Shown here: positions 1 to 13,870 of the stretch, piece by piece | Layout: every line of letters begins with the position of its first letter | How positions within the stretch are numbered: position 1 is the first letter of the stretch | Translations under genes and position numbers: made by a program | NCBI GenBank assembly: GCA_047495785.1 | Contig: JBLDXI010000009.1 | Coordinates: forward strand, 1,550,001-1,614,000 | DNA length: 64,000 nt | Origin: Lepidodermella squamata | Lineage: Eukaryota > Animalia > Gastrotricha | Direction of reading: 5' to 3' | The notes under the pieces: generated by a model | Told to the model about the DNA's origin: nothing | Seen by the model: the letters and a program-made list of their open reading frames with translations, nothing else | Database searches by the model: none

Positions 1-583
1 AGAGAAACATAAGTTTTTCCTTCAGGTACTCGAAGCGCATCGAAACTGGTAACAGGAGCAGGAATACTAAGATGTTCGATTGTTGGTGCTCTAGAACTTT
101 TCTCAGAGCTAAACATCCTACGAAACATTTCGTTTCGCCGACAGCTCCGATTGTTTGTAGGAGGAATCAGGGTTACGTATCTTCGGCGATGACTTCGAAA
201 AAAAGAAGTCAAGAGTAGCGTAACTTTCACTTAATAACTTACCAAGCATATAACATTGCAAATACTGAGAAAATCAAAGTTATGAGGCCAAATGCTGTCA
301 GGCCCATAACCACATTCTGGAGAAAGTCAGCCTTGGATCGGTAGAGCTCGATGCGTTCGTTGAGATCCATGTATGTTACTAAACACAACTTTGCATTAGT
401 ATCGAACTAAAAATAAAAATAACTACCCGCTAACTGCGCGTTCTCGGCCAAATGACGTTTCAAATCAACGTGATCACGATTGGTGCAGTTGATTGAATCG
501 TCAACGCGGCCATGATCTCCAAAAGAGGCTGATACGAAGTAAAATAACAATGCTTTAACAAGAGTTGTATGCAATTTCAGCAT
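1..583 (-). CDS. Single-pass membrane protein with signal peptide, unknown function (3' end runs off window)
   Basis: Hand-spliced: ATG at 583 (MLKLHTTLVKALLFYFVSASFG, signal-like), two GT-AG introns, exon 2 has TM segment NVVMGLTAFGLITLIFSVFAMLYA followed by basic CHRRR; frame stays open to window edge. Confidence 0.6.
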
Positions 584-1712
584 CCTATTAGTTTAGGGAA
601 AATATATAAAATATAAAATAGGATATCAACTAGTAGTGAAGTAAGTGACCTTTATTCAATTGTCACAACAGACTGTAGAATAGTTTGTTTGAAGTCCGGT
701 TGCGTTAAATGCCTCTTTGTGCGCAGATAAAAACGTAAATGGGCTAGAGTTTAATTTAATTTTCACAAGTCTAAGAACGGGCTCGAGGAAAGAGATTAGG
801 GGAAAAAGAGGGTTGTGCTAAAGGATTTCTTGTAACTATGGCGTTAGCTGTTCAAACCCACGAGAGGAGAAGAGTTCAGATGTCAGAGTTAGAGAATTTA
901 GTAGATAATATATAATGAATAGAGTGGATAAATTGCTGCACCACATTCAATGCTGCTCAAACCTTTATTTTGGGTTCAGAAGGCTCGACGGGTGGGAAAG
1001 TTATCTGGATTCTTCGACAAAGAGCATAAAAATGACTTGAGCGCTTTAATATATTTAAATAGCTCGTCTTCCTGGGAATAATGGGCTGTTTTCCAACGGT
1101 CCGGAGTGAAGCATGGCCATTCTGCAGCCTAAAAATGATGTTTGGTACTCCTCTATTTGCAACTGCTTTTCAGATAGGCGCTGTCCCACCTAACAAGCTT
1201 TCCAAGCCGCCATCTTCGCAACAATAGCGAATTCGCTCTATTTCTTTACATCTGAATATTCAGTTAACTAAGCTATTAAAAGATATGTAACCGATATCAA
1301 GTCAATCATATGCTGGAAACAGTTTTTTAACACCGCCTTGGGTCCAAGATACCAAGGTATTGGACTTCGAAGAGATGATCTCGATCTCGAACTTCTATCA
1401 ATTTGAATTTCCCGTCAAAATAGATTGACATAAAATAACCTAAAACTATTATTATTAATTTTTACATATTATATTATTTGAATTGATAAAATGTTATTTT
1501 TCATGAATCACCATCTTTCAGGCTTGGTTGGCGACGGGCCGAAGTTGCATCGACGGCGTGAAGCTTGCTTGGAACAAGCCTACCTGGGCCACTCTCAGGT
1601 CTTCCGATATTTTTATGTTATTTTGATTTATCAGACCCATCATTCCAAGCGCATCTCCAATCTTGATTTCTTTGGCGATCACTTTGTCCTAAGTTCTCCC
1701 AGTGAAGGAAAG

Positions 1713-2951
1713 ATGCGAACTCCAGATTGGCCAACCTTAGGTCCGTTGGTTTTCTCCAGCGCCGCCGTATGTGCCAGCTGCATCGTTAGCATGGCTATAA
1801 CCCCTGTTTTATCTAAACGACCTTTGGAATCAATAGCTGTGCTTTGCCGTATATTTGTTTTGATTTTTCTTGGCTTCGTGGGCATCGCTGGGTTATGCGT
1901 TCCCGCTTGGTACTACTTGGAAATTGAGGGATCGTTTTCAGTCGATCCGAATCGTTGGCAGCAGGCGGATCATTTTGAGCTCGTTGAGTCCTCAAACTTC
2001 CAGGTGGCCTTTTCGCTGTGGGGATTCAGGATGAAAACATCGGTGTTATCTAAAATCTACGTTATGGACGCTGATGATTTGGAAGTAAAAAACAGCACTG
2101 CTGATAGTCCTGCCACGTGGCGTTTACTTCATGACTGCGCTGTCAATTGGGCCTACGGACCTGTAGGTGCCTTACTGTTGGATGGTGAATATGAAAATGC
2201 ATTACGGCGTCAAGATCCTATTCCTGCGCTTTGTGTGTTACAATATCTTACAAGTTATGGCGTGAAGTATTTGACAGCGCCACCTCCGATATCCTTCTTC
2301 AAAACTGCCGCAATATGGACAGCAATTATGTTAAGCTTGGCTCTTGCATCTCTCCTGCTAGCCTCAATCTTTCTACATTCAATCGTGCGATACGGTGCTT
2401 TATGGTTGCTGCTTTGTGGAATATTTTATATCATTGCATTTGGGATTCAGTATGGGATGGTCATTGACAATTTTTCGGCATCTCACCTGTTACAGTCATG
2501 CACAAGATTAACAATTAACAAAGGCTCCCTTCCAGATCTTGCGCTGAAAATGGACTGGATTTTACTTCTTACCATTATAGCTGGAGGCGTTGCTGTAATA
2601 TTGTCAATTGTTGTCTTTGTGTTGGACCTCCGATTTCCAGCTATTGCGGCGCGATCATTTTCTGTGGACGTCGCAAGTCAAATGGCGCCCGAAACTGTTG
2701 ATAAGACTGAGGAGACTTTACAAGATACTACCGCAGCTGCAACAGGTTGATGACAGGAACTTTGATAGTTTAAAGGTTTCGAAAATTTAAATATTTTAGA
2801 CGGAGTGGAAATGACAGAAAATCTTTCTTCACCGCGACGCACAGTTTCTCATACTCGTCGGCGTGAATCTATGCTCGGCAGGCTCCAGGTTCCTCGCCGT
2901 GGCCCTTCGGTTAGAAAAACTTCGGTCACCGATGCAACTAGCCAGGCATAA
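1713..2951 (+). CDS. Claudin/PMP22-superfamily-like multi-pass membrane protein
   Basis: Long ORF with ~5 hydrophobic segments, PAWY...FSLWG motif and Cys in the large loop; intron from 2746 joins a last exon ending TAA at 2951. Start uncertain (ORF open from 1491). Confidence 0.55.
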
Positions 2952-3092
2952 ACCAATAGCAAATTGATGAGATCTGTTTCTTATTTTGCTTCAGAGTTAT
3001 TCGCGCTTTCATATTTTATTATCAACACTTTGCTTCCCTTTACTACTAAATTTCGCACGAATCAATAATCTACTTCTTTTATAGGTTAATTT

Positions 3093-4015
3093 ATGAGTAA
3101 CATTGGTAGCCAGATCGTCAATGGGGTTGACGAAGTTATCGTCAACTCTCTAGTAGAACCATTCAACGGCGATCAAACGCCCTACAAAGATTACTGCTTT
3201 GATCCGCGTCTAAAGCGATGTTTGAACAATACCGGAGGAGTCAGCTCCATGGCTCCGTTAAAGGTGCTGAAGTTCGTACTCGTCGGCGATTTAGCCGTTG
3301 GTAAAACGTCGCTTATTCAACGCTTTTGCCATAAGACCTTCAATAACGATTACAAACCTACAATCGGATGTGACTTCGAGATTGAGAAATTCACGATTCT
3401 GAATCAACCTGTTACCGTTCAGTTTTGGGACACGGCCGGCCAAGAGCGATTTCGCTGTATCGCTGCTGCCTACTATCGAAACGCACAATGCATCATTCTA
3501 TCATTCGATCTGACCAAAGTCGAGACACTTCTAAACTGCGCTAGTTGGCTAAATGACGCCTTGAAGGTGAACAGCACCAATCGTCCACTGATTTTTCTTG
3601 TCGGGAACAAGAGAGATGCTATGGTAAGTGCTCTTGGATTAACAATACGTTATTTTGTAATTACGTGGTTTTCTAGAATGGTTACGAGTATGAAAAAGTC
3701 GAAGAGTTGGCTATAAATATGGCTAATCAGCTTGAAGCTGAATATTGGCCAACCTCGTCGAAAACTGGCGAAAATGTTCATCGCATTTTTAGCCGAGCAG
3801 CTGCACTAGCATTCCAAAGAGTAATGCTTGCCGATTGTGCAGCTTTCCAGCCTGCTGATAACAGCTTCTCGAATCAAGGGAAGGGCTCTAATGGGCTCGG
3901 TGCTATCACTTTGCCTTCACAACAAGCCAAGCGTGCCTCTGATAACAACGCTAATACTTCAACCGTCAGAATTGTTGAAAGTCCGACGAAACAAGGCTGC
4001 TGTACGATTTTGTAA
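3093..4015 (+). CDS. RAB34: Rab GTPase, RAB34/RAB36 subfamily
   Basis: GDLAVGKT, WDTAGQERF, GNKRD motifs; N-terminal extension; intron 3624-3676; C-terminal CCTIL prenylation motif. RAB34 and RAB36 cannot be separated here. Confidence 0.88.
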
Positions 4016-4683
4016 TTGATCTGGTCTTGACCATTTTCTCATGCCTGTCTGAGTTTTTTTTAGCCATTTCTCATGTCCTCAGCTCATTTACGCCTGGATG
4101 TGTCATTTTCACGGTGCTTCTAGGCACAATTTTTTATAAAATTTTCCGATGGTGAATAGAAAAACTTGAATAACAATAACAATAATGATTGTTGGTCACA
4201 GTTTTTTTTAACGAGCGTAATTGCCAGTTCAATTATTTTACGATTTTGTTGCTGTTTATTTCTTCATAATCAAACAAAACGATGTCCACGTATTGTTCCA
4301 AGATACCTGAAATGCATATGTATTCCTTTCTTTGTGTCAATCTTCTTCACGTGTGTCAAAATGTCGTCTGTGGACACGTTTGCTATTTATTAAAAAAAAT
4401 TATACATTTATTTCAAAAATGTGCATTTATATTTGCCTCTAATATTTGTATCGATGTGATAATCCTAAGAATCAGCTGAATTCACCGAATTCACTTGGAC
4501 GAAGCATCGTCAGAGAATTTATCAAACTTGCGCCAGGCTATACGCATCGATTTGATCGCTGTGAGTAATAGCCCTTGAAAAATAATAATATGTTTGCTTT
4601 TTACTATCGACGAATATTAAGTAAACAGTACAAGTGATGTTAAATTTAATGGCTTTATTTTGTTTTCTAGGTCTGTTAATTAA

Positions 4684-7600
4684 ATGGATCGCTATAACGT
4701 ACTCGACCTTGTAGGCGAGGGCTCGTTTGGCAAGGTCTACCGCGGTCGAAAAAAACACAGCGAAGAGGTAAAAATTTGTGAGGTAAACATGAGCGCGAAT
4801 GGCTTAATTTTTGACTATAGATTGTCGCGTTGAAATTCATACCTAAATCGGGCCGTTCTGAGAAGGAATTGAAAACGCTACGCCGCGAAATTGAAATCAT
4901 GCGTGAACTAAAGCACGACAACGTTGTTCAAATGACAGATACATTCGAGACTGAAACTGATATTGTTGCTGTTATTGAATATTGCGAGGGAGAATTATTT
5001 CAAATTTTGGAGGACGACGGTCATCTACCTGAAAATCAAGTTCAATCGGTCGCTTGCCAACTCGTCTCAGCGCTCTTCTACCTCCATTCACATCGAATTT
5101 TGCACCGAGATATGAAACCGCAGAATATATTAGTGGCGAAAGGCGGTGTTGTAAAATTAGCTGATTTCGGCTTTGCCCGGGCTATGTCGACGAACACGTT
5201 GGTTTTGACTTCAATTAAAGGAACGCCGCTTTACATGAGCCCTGAGCTGGTTGAGGAGAGGCCCTACGATCACACAGCTGATTTGTGGGCTTTAGGATGT
5301 ATTCTCTACGAATTAGCAACTGGAAGTCCGCCGTTTTATACAAATTCAATTTTTCAATTGGTTACGTTGATTGTGAGAGATCCTGTGAAATGGCCGAAAA
5401 CAATGAATCCGACATTCAAAGATTTTCTGCAGGGCCTTTTGATTAAAGATCCGCGCCACCGCCTGCAATGGCCGGCCTTATTAACGCACCCGTTTGTTGC
5501 TGATGGTGTTCGCATTACCGAGGAAGGTATGTAGCGCGTACTAATTTCCCGGGTATATATTTACTCTATTTTGTACCTATGCGGTGTAATGTTGTAGACC
5601 TGGCGAGGCCGAGTCCGTTTACTCAACAGCTGACTCAGTCGATGGAGAGCCGCAAAATGCAGCAGGTATGTTGTTTGCGCTCTTTTGGTATTAGACTGTT
5701 ATAACAAGAGATGATGAATGATGCTAATTGTTGTGTACTGCTGCTAATACAGGTAAGGGAGAAGCAACGCGAACGTCCGCCCGGCCAGCAATCGCGTCTG
5801 CTAGCCAAGGCGGCGAAGCAGCAGCAGCAGCAACAGCAGCAACAGACTGCTGCGAAGAAAGCGCCGCCCGCTGACGGAGCCAGTACAGCAGCGGCGGGCG
5901 GAGCCGCCACACCGGCAAATAATGCACCCGCGAATAGCAACAGACCAGAATCTGGAGTGCCCACAAATGTGGTGGCGGCGACAGCGGTCAAACAGCTGCA
6001 GCAGAAAGACGATGAAAAGGCAGCTGCAGATGCGAAACAGGCGAAAGCCAGCGCCCAAAAAGCACGTCCCGCCTCGAAACCAGAGCCGCCACCGCCTGTT
6101 CAGCAGCAGCAACAGCCTCAATTAGAAGCGGCGAGCCCTGAGAAAGCTGCCCCATCAACGCCCTCAGCCCCTCTACCCTCAGAGGCTGACAACGAGTGGA
6201 CGCGGTCAATGTACGCGTTAATGGGCAATCCTGAGCTCGTTATTGAGTATCTAACTGACGAAAAGAAAATAGCTCGACTTCAGAAGGACTGTCAAACCTC
6301 GGGGGATAAATTAACGGCCGCCTTAAAATCAGCCAATGTCGTAGATGAAAAACACAAACCAGCCGCCTTGATAGCTGACGTGTTATCAATTCTAAGGTAC
6401 ATGAGCGCAGTTCTAAGTATTGAATGTGAAATGCAGCCGTTGGTTCGTTGGCTTGAAATCGTTCGCCCTAACGAATTCTGCGCATCGCTGTTTCAAGTTT
6501 TGTTCGACTGCTATCTGGCGGCTAAACAAAACTCGAAAATTAACGTTGAAAACGGCTGGCTGGAACAAATCATTCTAGACGCGTTGGTTTCGCTGAGCCA
6601 GTTTCATACGCTGGAAGTGTATCACACCGAGGAATGTCCTGGCCAGTTGACAAATTCGTTCCTCGAATCTGCGTCAATCTTTCTGGCTTATGTCTCGCAG
6701 TTGTTGAATATTGGCGGAAAAATTGCGTCTCATACCATTTTATCACTCATTTACTGCCTGGAGTCGGTTGAAGAGACGGAAAATCAGCATTTAGCCGGCG
6801 GCTTTTATGGCCTGATTTTAACGAATCTAGGCCCGGACTGCGGGGTTCAGCTTGTTGAATTGATGTTACTAGCTGAGAGCGCATCTTCGTCGAAAGTTGT
6901 CCGAAGTTCTGTCATCAAAAAGAAAACAGCCGAAGCGATGCAGGCGTCGAGAACTGGCTCGCTATACGCGTCTATGACTATGCATAGCGAGGAAGATAGC
7001 GATTTAGGGGCGAGTGCTTCGTTGCAAACAGACATCGGCGTTTTAGCCGTCGGGGCTCTGGCGGCTTTATGCCATCTACCGATTTCTTGCTGTCCTCAAG
7101 TTTTGGACGGTAAACGCAGATTCGCCAGTCGATTCGGCGATCGCTGGGCCAGCCCGCAGTTGTCGAAAGCACTGGATGTTTACTTCTCGAAATTGCGATT
7201 CGAACCAACGTGCTACAACACCCTGAAAACGGTCTATGTGGTCTGCCAGTGCTCGAAAAGCGCCGCTCTGGCCGTTGCGTCGAAACCCGAGGCTCTAGAT
7301 GGGATACTCAACATTTTGAACGGCGGCATTGAATTGCCTGATGTTGATTTGAATAGCTGTCTCGAAATGACGATGCATGTACTAGGGGTTATTGTTTCCT
7401 ACTGCGAAACTCTACCACCGCCCCTTGACACGGTTGGGCCGTTAGTTGAAGCTGTTCTCGCCCAGGCTCAAATTGCTAGTCACACGGCTGCAATTTCTTT
7501 CCTGTTTAATCAGCTGATTTTTCACGGCGTTTTACTCGATTTGTCGTCTGAAGATGTTATCGCAGCTGTTCATTCAACTATGACCGATTTGACGCAGGTC

Positions 7601-9147
7601 TGCGTGCGCTGTCCGATGGATTTCGGCGCGTTTGATTCGATTTTCATGCTAATTTTCCAAATGCTGCTACAAGACGGCAACCGCACTGCCCGGGTGCTGT
7701 TGGACCAGGGCGTTGTCGACAGTATTTGGCAACGAGTCGCGCAAGCTCTGGGGGTTTTCGAGGAAAAACTTAATAAAAACGCCGAGGAAAAGCCGGAAAA
7801 ACCTCCGATCGACTGGAGTTTAATCTCGCCTCAAGGGCACATCACAGCATTACAGGCTTTGATAGCAATTTATGCGAAAGAAACAATTTCATTGGTGAAT
7901 TGCTTTCGAAATCCTAACCACCCTTCGATTTGCGTGTTATGCGAGTACATTTCACCCGAATTTCTTCATGACGTCAAAAAAGCGGGCGCGTCCAGTGGCG
8001 ATCTCGTAAATGCCGATTTAGACGTGCTGCAACTTTCGTCGCAACTCCTCTGCTTCCCGTTCGCCGTTGATTTCGTCGATACTATCCAGGCCGAAATATT
8101 GCGGACATATTCGATGAATTCACTCGTTTCGCTGCTCGTTGCGTCGGTTTGCGCGATTTGCCCGCCTGATCTTGCCGAGCTGCCGTTTGGCCTCGTCGCT
8201 CGACTCGCGCTCGCCCCTAACCCGGCGCCGTTTCTCGAACAATTCGCACAGGCTGTTGTTGGCACGAAAAACGACGGCGATGCAGCTATTCGCTACATTC
8301 GATCTTGCCTCACCGACTCGTCGCTGCCGTCCTCGGTTGCGTGCGATATTTTAGCAATTTTAGGTGAGAAAAAATATTTATTTTAAGCTGGATTTTTTTT
8401 TTAATTTTAATTATTTTAGGGCAACATGCTAGATCTGGAGCTGATACGCATTTATTGGTTGCTTGCTTCTTCCCAGGCGACCAGCAAGTTTTTGTCTCGC
8501 TGCTTCGCCACGAGGAGCCTGTCGTTCGATCTCGGGTGTGCAGTTTGTTGGCAAACTGGCTGAAAAACGACCCAACATTCGCGGATCGTTTATCCCTAGA
8601 TGAAAATAGCGAAATAATTCAGAGTTTAACCGACGCGTTGATGACTGACGATTCAAATGTTCGAAAATCGGCAGCGTGTGCTGTAGGTAATGCCGCCTTC
8701 CAATCCGCTAGTCTCGCCTCGCATTTCAAGCCGGCTGTGCCGAAACTCGCGTCGCTGCTCGGCGATCCGTCGGAGCGCGCGGCTGGCAACGCGTTATCAG
8801 CCCTGTCGAACATTGCCTCACACCAGTCAGAAGCGCATCTTCCCGTTATGCTTCAATGCAGGGTGCCGCAAATCGCGCTCGACTTGCTGTGCCACTCGCC
8901 TAGCCCGGATGTGCAACACGCGGCGGCGTTGTGCCTGCGCCAGTTGGCGACGCATCGCGACTGCAAGGCCGTGCTTGTCAAGGCCGAGGCGACGCGGCGC
9001 ATCGGCGATTTGGTTGATGGTGCCCTAGACGGAACTGCCATTTCGTCTTCTGTTCGCTCTTCGCTGGTGTCATCGGCATCGGGCGCTGGCTCGAGTTTAG
9101 TTTCACTTTGCCGTAAAATCTCCAGACTTCTTGCCTCATCAGCGTGA
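4684..9147 (+). CDS. STK36: Serine/threonine kinase 36 (Fused)
   Basis: [22 protein letters not shown]; HRDMKPQN; [28 protein letters not shown]; Q/A/P-rich linker; C-terminal HEAT/ARM region. Introns 4768-4820, 5527-5597, 5666-5752, 8364-8419. Confidence 0.95.
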
Positions 9148-9365
9148 TTCATCGAAACAACTCCATTTTTTACTCTATATATACAAGAATGTGATGATCT
9201 CTTTTTAAAATCAACTTGCGTTGCTCATTGTTTTCAGTTGTTGAGATATAAAAGCTGTGATTTTTTTCATCTCTCATTGCACATAAATATTTACCGCTAG
9301 TTATTACAATAAATTCTGATATTTACGAATTTTTCTGTTTCTGTTTTAGTTTTTTTAAATCAAAA

Positions 9366-10736
9366 ATGGCTCTTCAGGGTCATACTGGCAAAAAATATGG
9401 CTTGGTTTTGCCGAAAAGGGACACAGCCGCGAGTTCGACGGCTGCAGTTTTCGAAAAGCCGAAACCAGCCCGGCCCCCGCCCTCTGCCGTTTTCGAGCGA
9501 AGTTCCGATTCAGAATTGGAGAAATCGGACGGTGAGGAGGAAGAACAGCCGCCTCAGATGAAAATTGCTGGGTCAAAAAAACTGGCGGCAAGCGACTATT
9601 TACGGCTGAAAGTGAAGTCGGAGGTAGGTTGATCGTCATAACCCCACATACTAATATTCACTACCTGAGACGCCGCCCCACTCACACACGCGGCATAATA
9701 ATAATCCTAATCTATGTGCTAATTATATGCAGCGCGTGTTTTCCTTTGTTTGTTAGACGCAAAAAGAAATTGACAAGGCGCTGGCTGAGGATGCAACGTG
9801 TTTCCAGTACGACGAGGTTGGTGTTTAGTGCTTGAGATGTGTTTGCTATATGATTATATTCACCTGTTAAATGCAGGTCTACGATGATATCTCGCATACG
9901 AGTACGATGCAGCGCGCGCAGGCGTTCAATAAGACGGTCGAGCGAAAGGTTTGTTGTGTCAACATTTCTCACGTGTGTTATTTTGTTGTTTAATTTATAT
10001 TTTTGCGCCGATTCATGTATAGCCCAAGTACATTGCTGGGTTGTTAGCTACAGCCGAGCTGCGTAAGCGCGAAAACGAGCGGCGAGTCGAGCGTCAGGTC
10101 CAGAAGGAACGTGAGGCCGAGGGCGACCAGTTCGAGGACAAGGAAGCCTTTGTCACGTCGGCTTATCGCGAAAAAGTGAAGCAGATGAAGGAGGATGAAG
10201 AGCGGGAACGCGCGAAAGAAGCCGCCGAGGCGAAGATGGATGTAACTAAGCAGGGTGACATGAGTTTGTTCTATAGAAATCTCCTCGACCAGAAAACCTC
10301 GCGACCTGAAGCTCCTAAAGAGGAAGAACCTAAACCTGAGGTTATTGAGACAACAAAACTTGATGAAAAGAAACATGAATCATCGTCACACCGATCATCT
10401 CGCCGAAGCAGATCTCGAAGCCGCAGTCGTGATCGAAAAGAGTACCGGCGTAGAAGTCGCAGCCGGTCTAATTCGCGGTCACGTAAAAATCACCATCGCT
10501 CACCCGAGCGAAGTCGTCATGACAAAAAACGGCGAGATAGGTCGCGTTCCCGATCTAGATCGCCAGTACCTGTTGCTAAAAGCGTTCCGAAAAAGGAAGA
10601 ACCCAAGAAGGAAACAACCGCAGCAGCTTCGGCAATTTTCGAAAAACGAAACGCGGACGAAAGCGCTGTTTTATCGGCGAAAGAACGGTATCTGCAGCGG
10701 AAAATGCAGCGCAACCTGCCTACCGGTGACGAATGA
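9366..10736 (+). CDS. NSRP1: Nuclear speckle splicing regulatory protein 1 (CCDC55)
   Basis: KKYGL N-terminus, KALAEDATCFQYDEVYDD, PKYIAGLL...EGDQFEDKEAFVTSAYREK, RS-rich region, SAKERYLQRK C-terminus; 3 short introns. Confidence 0.9.
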
Positions 10737-11359
10737 ACAACCCGCGCTCAATGCTTTCATGCCTTTCATTTTCGCTTTGTTAATTGGAAATAAAAATTTC
10801 AGTGACTTCCAATTTATATTGTGTTTTTCAGAATATCTTTCATCGGAACCAAATTTTCCTGTTGCGAACCAAATTTTAGCTAAGCCACAGGTCGCTTTTC
10901 GAATATTTCTACAAAATTCAGGCTATGTATGATTTCTATGGTGAAGAATCGTCTTTTCCGCTTAATTTAGAGATAATTCATTTTAAATATGCCGATCAAT
11001 CATGACATTTTTGAAAGTTTCCAGAAGTGGATTTAGGCTCATTAAAAATTGCGAAATTTGCTCAGCTAACAGGGAAATTTGGTCCCGCTAAAAGTAAGAC
11101 CCGTTTTTTTATATTAAAAATTCCTATCGCAAGAATCATATCAAGGAGGATTTTTCTTTATCGGAATTTAACAAGTTATGCCAATATTAGGGTGTTATAA
11201 AGTCAATGAAGGCAAACTATGTCCCTACATCTCTTGAGAAATCTTATTTTTATGTTCCGCCAATTTCATTCACATTGCAAGCCAAAGTTTTATCGATTTT
11301 ATTCACAGTGGCTTTCTTTATCCTTCTAGCATTTTTGTATTATGAAGTAAGATCTGACT

Positions 11360-12246
11360 ATGCCACAAGCAAATTTGAAGATATTGGTATTTGTTCCGAA
11401 TATTATTGGTAAGAAATTCTATTTGTCACGTGAGCTGAATTGATTGTTTCGTTTATAGGTTACTTTCGAATACTCCTCATCGTGATATCAGCTGGTCTAC
11501 TCGATGTCAGCGAACAGAACCCACCGACGGATGCAAAATCTCAACCGCAATACTCAACGGCGAAGCTCGTCGCCCTTGGTTTGTATGCAATTTCAGCGCT
11601 TCTCGACATGGCCGACGGCTTTGCCGCCCGCCAACTTGGCCAGGTATCAGCGTTCGGCGCTTGGCTCGACGTAGTTGTTGACCTGATTGGCCGGACGATG
11701 ATGTGGAATAAGGCTAATGTCAAGGTAATTTTCGAAATTTGAGCTAGTCCGCCTTGATTATTTAATTCGATTGCGCAGTTCATGTCTTTCATCATTCCGT
11801 GCCTCGAGTGGCTGACCTTCTGCTGCACGCACGCGCAGTTCGGCTCGCTGCAGTGGAAGGCGAGGTTTGCGCGCGACAACGCCGCCAATCGATCGGCGCC
11901 GTCGTTCGTGCAAAAAGTGTTCGCCAACGGCTTCTTCTCGCTGCACGGCGTCTTCGCCCTCGGCGGCGTCCACTGCCTGCCGCTCGCCGTTGTCGCGTGC
12001 AAGCAACTGCCGCTGACGACGCCGTCGGCGCCGGCCGTCGTCACCGTCGCAGCGCTCATTACGCTGTTCCTGCTATCGTCCGGCCGCACGTATGCGGCGT
12101 GCTGCGAGGCGTGGTTCATCGCCGACCACGTGCGCTGCCTGCTGACCGGGCCGCAGCAGATGATATCGCAAGCGACAATATCCGCCATCCGCCGCCAACG
12201 AACAGAGGACGTGTTCGGCGGCCACGCGTCTGCTAAATCCATGTGA
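11360..12246 (+). CDS. CDP-alcohol phosphatidyltransferase (PI-synthase-like)
   Basis: VFVPNIIG|YFRI start; signature DMADGFAARQLGQVSAFGAWLDVVVD; introns 11409-11458 and ~11725-11778. Confidence 0.85.
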
Positions 12247-13257
12247 ACAATCAAATTTGAATGAAATTGCTATGCTCAATCGAGATTCCTATTAAACGTA
12301 GTATTAGCTGCGGCAGCTTCCAACGTCTTTTTGTAGCAGCAACAAATTGCGTCAAATCGTTTTCACCATATTTTTGTATTCTCACTTAGCTGTGAAGTGA
12401 TTGTGGCGCTATTGATGCAGCTAGTTCCTAACTCTTGTCAATGTATAATATTGTGAGATTTTTGATGAAATAAACGGATAAAAGCCAAATTTGTTTTGTG
12501 CTAATGGATCCAGAGTTGCTGCCATTGGCTGATAAGCAGAATATAACCGGACGCTGTATAGCATGGCACGGGGTAAAGCGCGTACAAATATCCTTTAAGG
12601 ATCGCCTTGGCTGGGTCGCTTAGTCAGCGGAGGTCACGGAGGTTCAAGATTTGAAGCGTTTTCAAGCTATTTATGCAGCAAAATCATCGAAAGAAAGCGA
12701 AAGAGATGAAGCTCGCTCGCTCGCAATTCGGCTTTTTATACTAAAATTGCTGATCAAGAAAGAAATATAAATACTAACCTTGAAAAATTTAGCATTTTTA
12801 GATATTTTCAAATCAACCACTTGGAAGCAAAAAAGTGCAACAGGTAAGTTTTTTCGGCAACTTAAAACCATGGGATACCTATAGTGAATTACCAAGTTAT
12901 CGAATTCAGTACCAAACATCATTGAATTCCGTACCAAATTATTTCAATCAGTTCTAAATCCAAAATTTTAAGACCCAGCCTTCAACCCTAACCTAACCCC
13001 AGCATGAGTAATCTTTTAAATGTGTAATTTCGGCCGGGTAAGTCATGCGTATGTACACGAGGGACATTTTTCATGCGACGTCTCCTTTGATTGTATCGGG
13101 ATTCCAGGGCAAAACACTGTTAGCATTGACATGCTATTAATCATATTTTATTCGTGATTTCTTGTAATTTGCGAATATGGAGGAAACTGTTAATCCAGTA
13201 GCATTAATTCAATATATTTCATTGTTCAAACGAACTTCTTAGTACGGTTGGAACAAT

Positions 13258-13870
13258 CTACGCTTCTACTCGCTTGTAGTAACGAATAGCTTTGACGCCA
13301 TTAGCTACCTCCATCGTCTGAGTGGAAATAAAAAAGTCACGCTTCAGTGAAATATATTCAAACTTATGCTATTTACCTGGACGAGTTCTTCGCCACGAAT
13401 CTCTCGAGTAACCTTTTGAGAGTGGGCAATGCTACCATCATCGGCGGCCGAGATGTCAATTATCAATTTGCCATCCTGCCATATCGTGTGGGCCTTAGCT
13501 GTTTTCCCGCTGAAGCTGGTTGTGGTTTCCGGGCCATTAACTGCAAACAACATTTTTTTAATTTTAATATCAGATAAATAAAATTCAGGCGATAGTATAT
13601 GTACCAACGAAGGTGTTCGACTCCTGCTTCCCACCCATGGTCTGAATGGTAACCTTGTCACCATCGATCGTGATTTGGACTGAAGATTTTACGAGTCCAA
13701 CCATTTTTCTTACGAGGTATGGAACCCCTGTGGAACAAAAATATGGGTGATATGAACAAAACAAAGCAATTAAGAATAGCCCAACCCAAAGCTTTTAGGT
13801 ATTCATCGAAATTTTCGCTTCGATCAACCTGCCATTTTCCGGACATAGCGCTCCACTCTTGATTAGCCAT
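13258..13870 (-). CDS. Fatty acid-binding protein (iLBP), copy 1, 4 exons
   Basis: SGKWQVDRSENFDEYLKALG|VPYLVRKM...VTREIRGEELVQ|TMEVANGVKAIRYYKR; 3 GT-AG introns. Confidence 0.92.

Noticed and set aside
650-1490. Possible small minus-strand gene (acceptors near 1440 and 1129, 50-codon ATG-less frame 1128-976, AATAAA at ~651)
   Set aside because: No convincing spliced ORF or recognisable product could be assembled by hand.
1491-1712. N-terminal 74 aa of the 419-aa ORF
   Set aside because: Contains intron-like AT-rich segments (acceptor at 1520-1521, GT-AG at 1599-1634); probably UTR or intron.
10845-11086. Degenerate inverted repeat (possible old MITE) after NSRP1
   Set aside because: Arms are ~19 bp with mismatches and there is no TSD; too weak to call.
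11541-12254. Long antisense ORFs over GC-rich exons (also over STK36, the LINE, HIRIP3 and TRAF)
   Set aside because: Shadow ORFs explained by codon bias or low complexity of the real genes.
12980-13000. Telomere-like aaccctaacctaaccc
   Set aside because: Only 2-3 irregular units, more likely a TE remnant.
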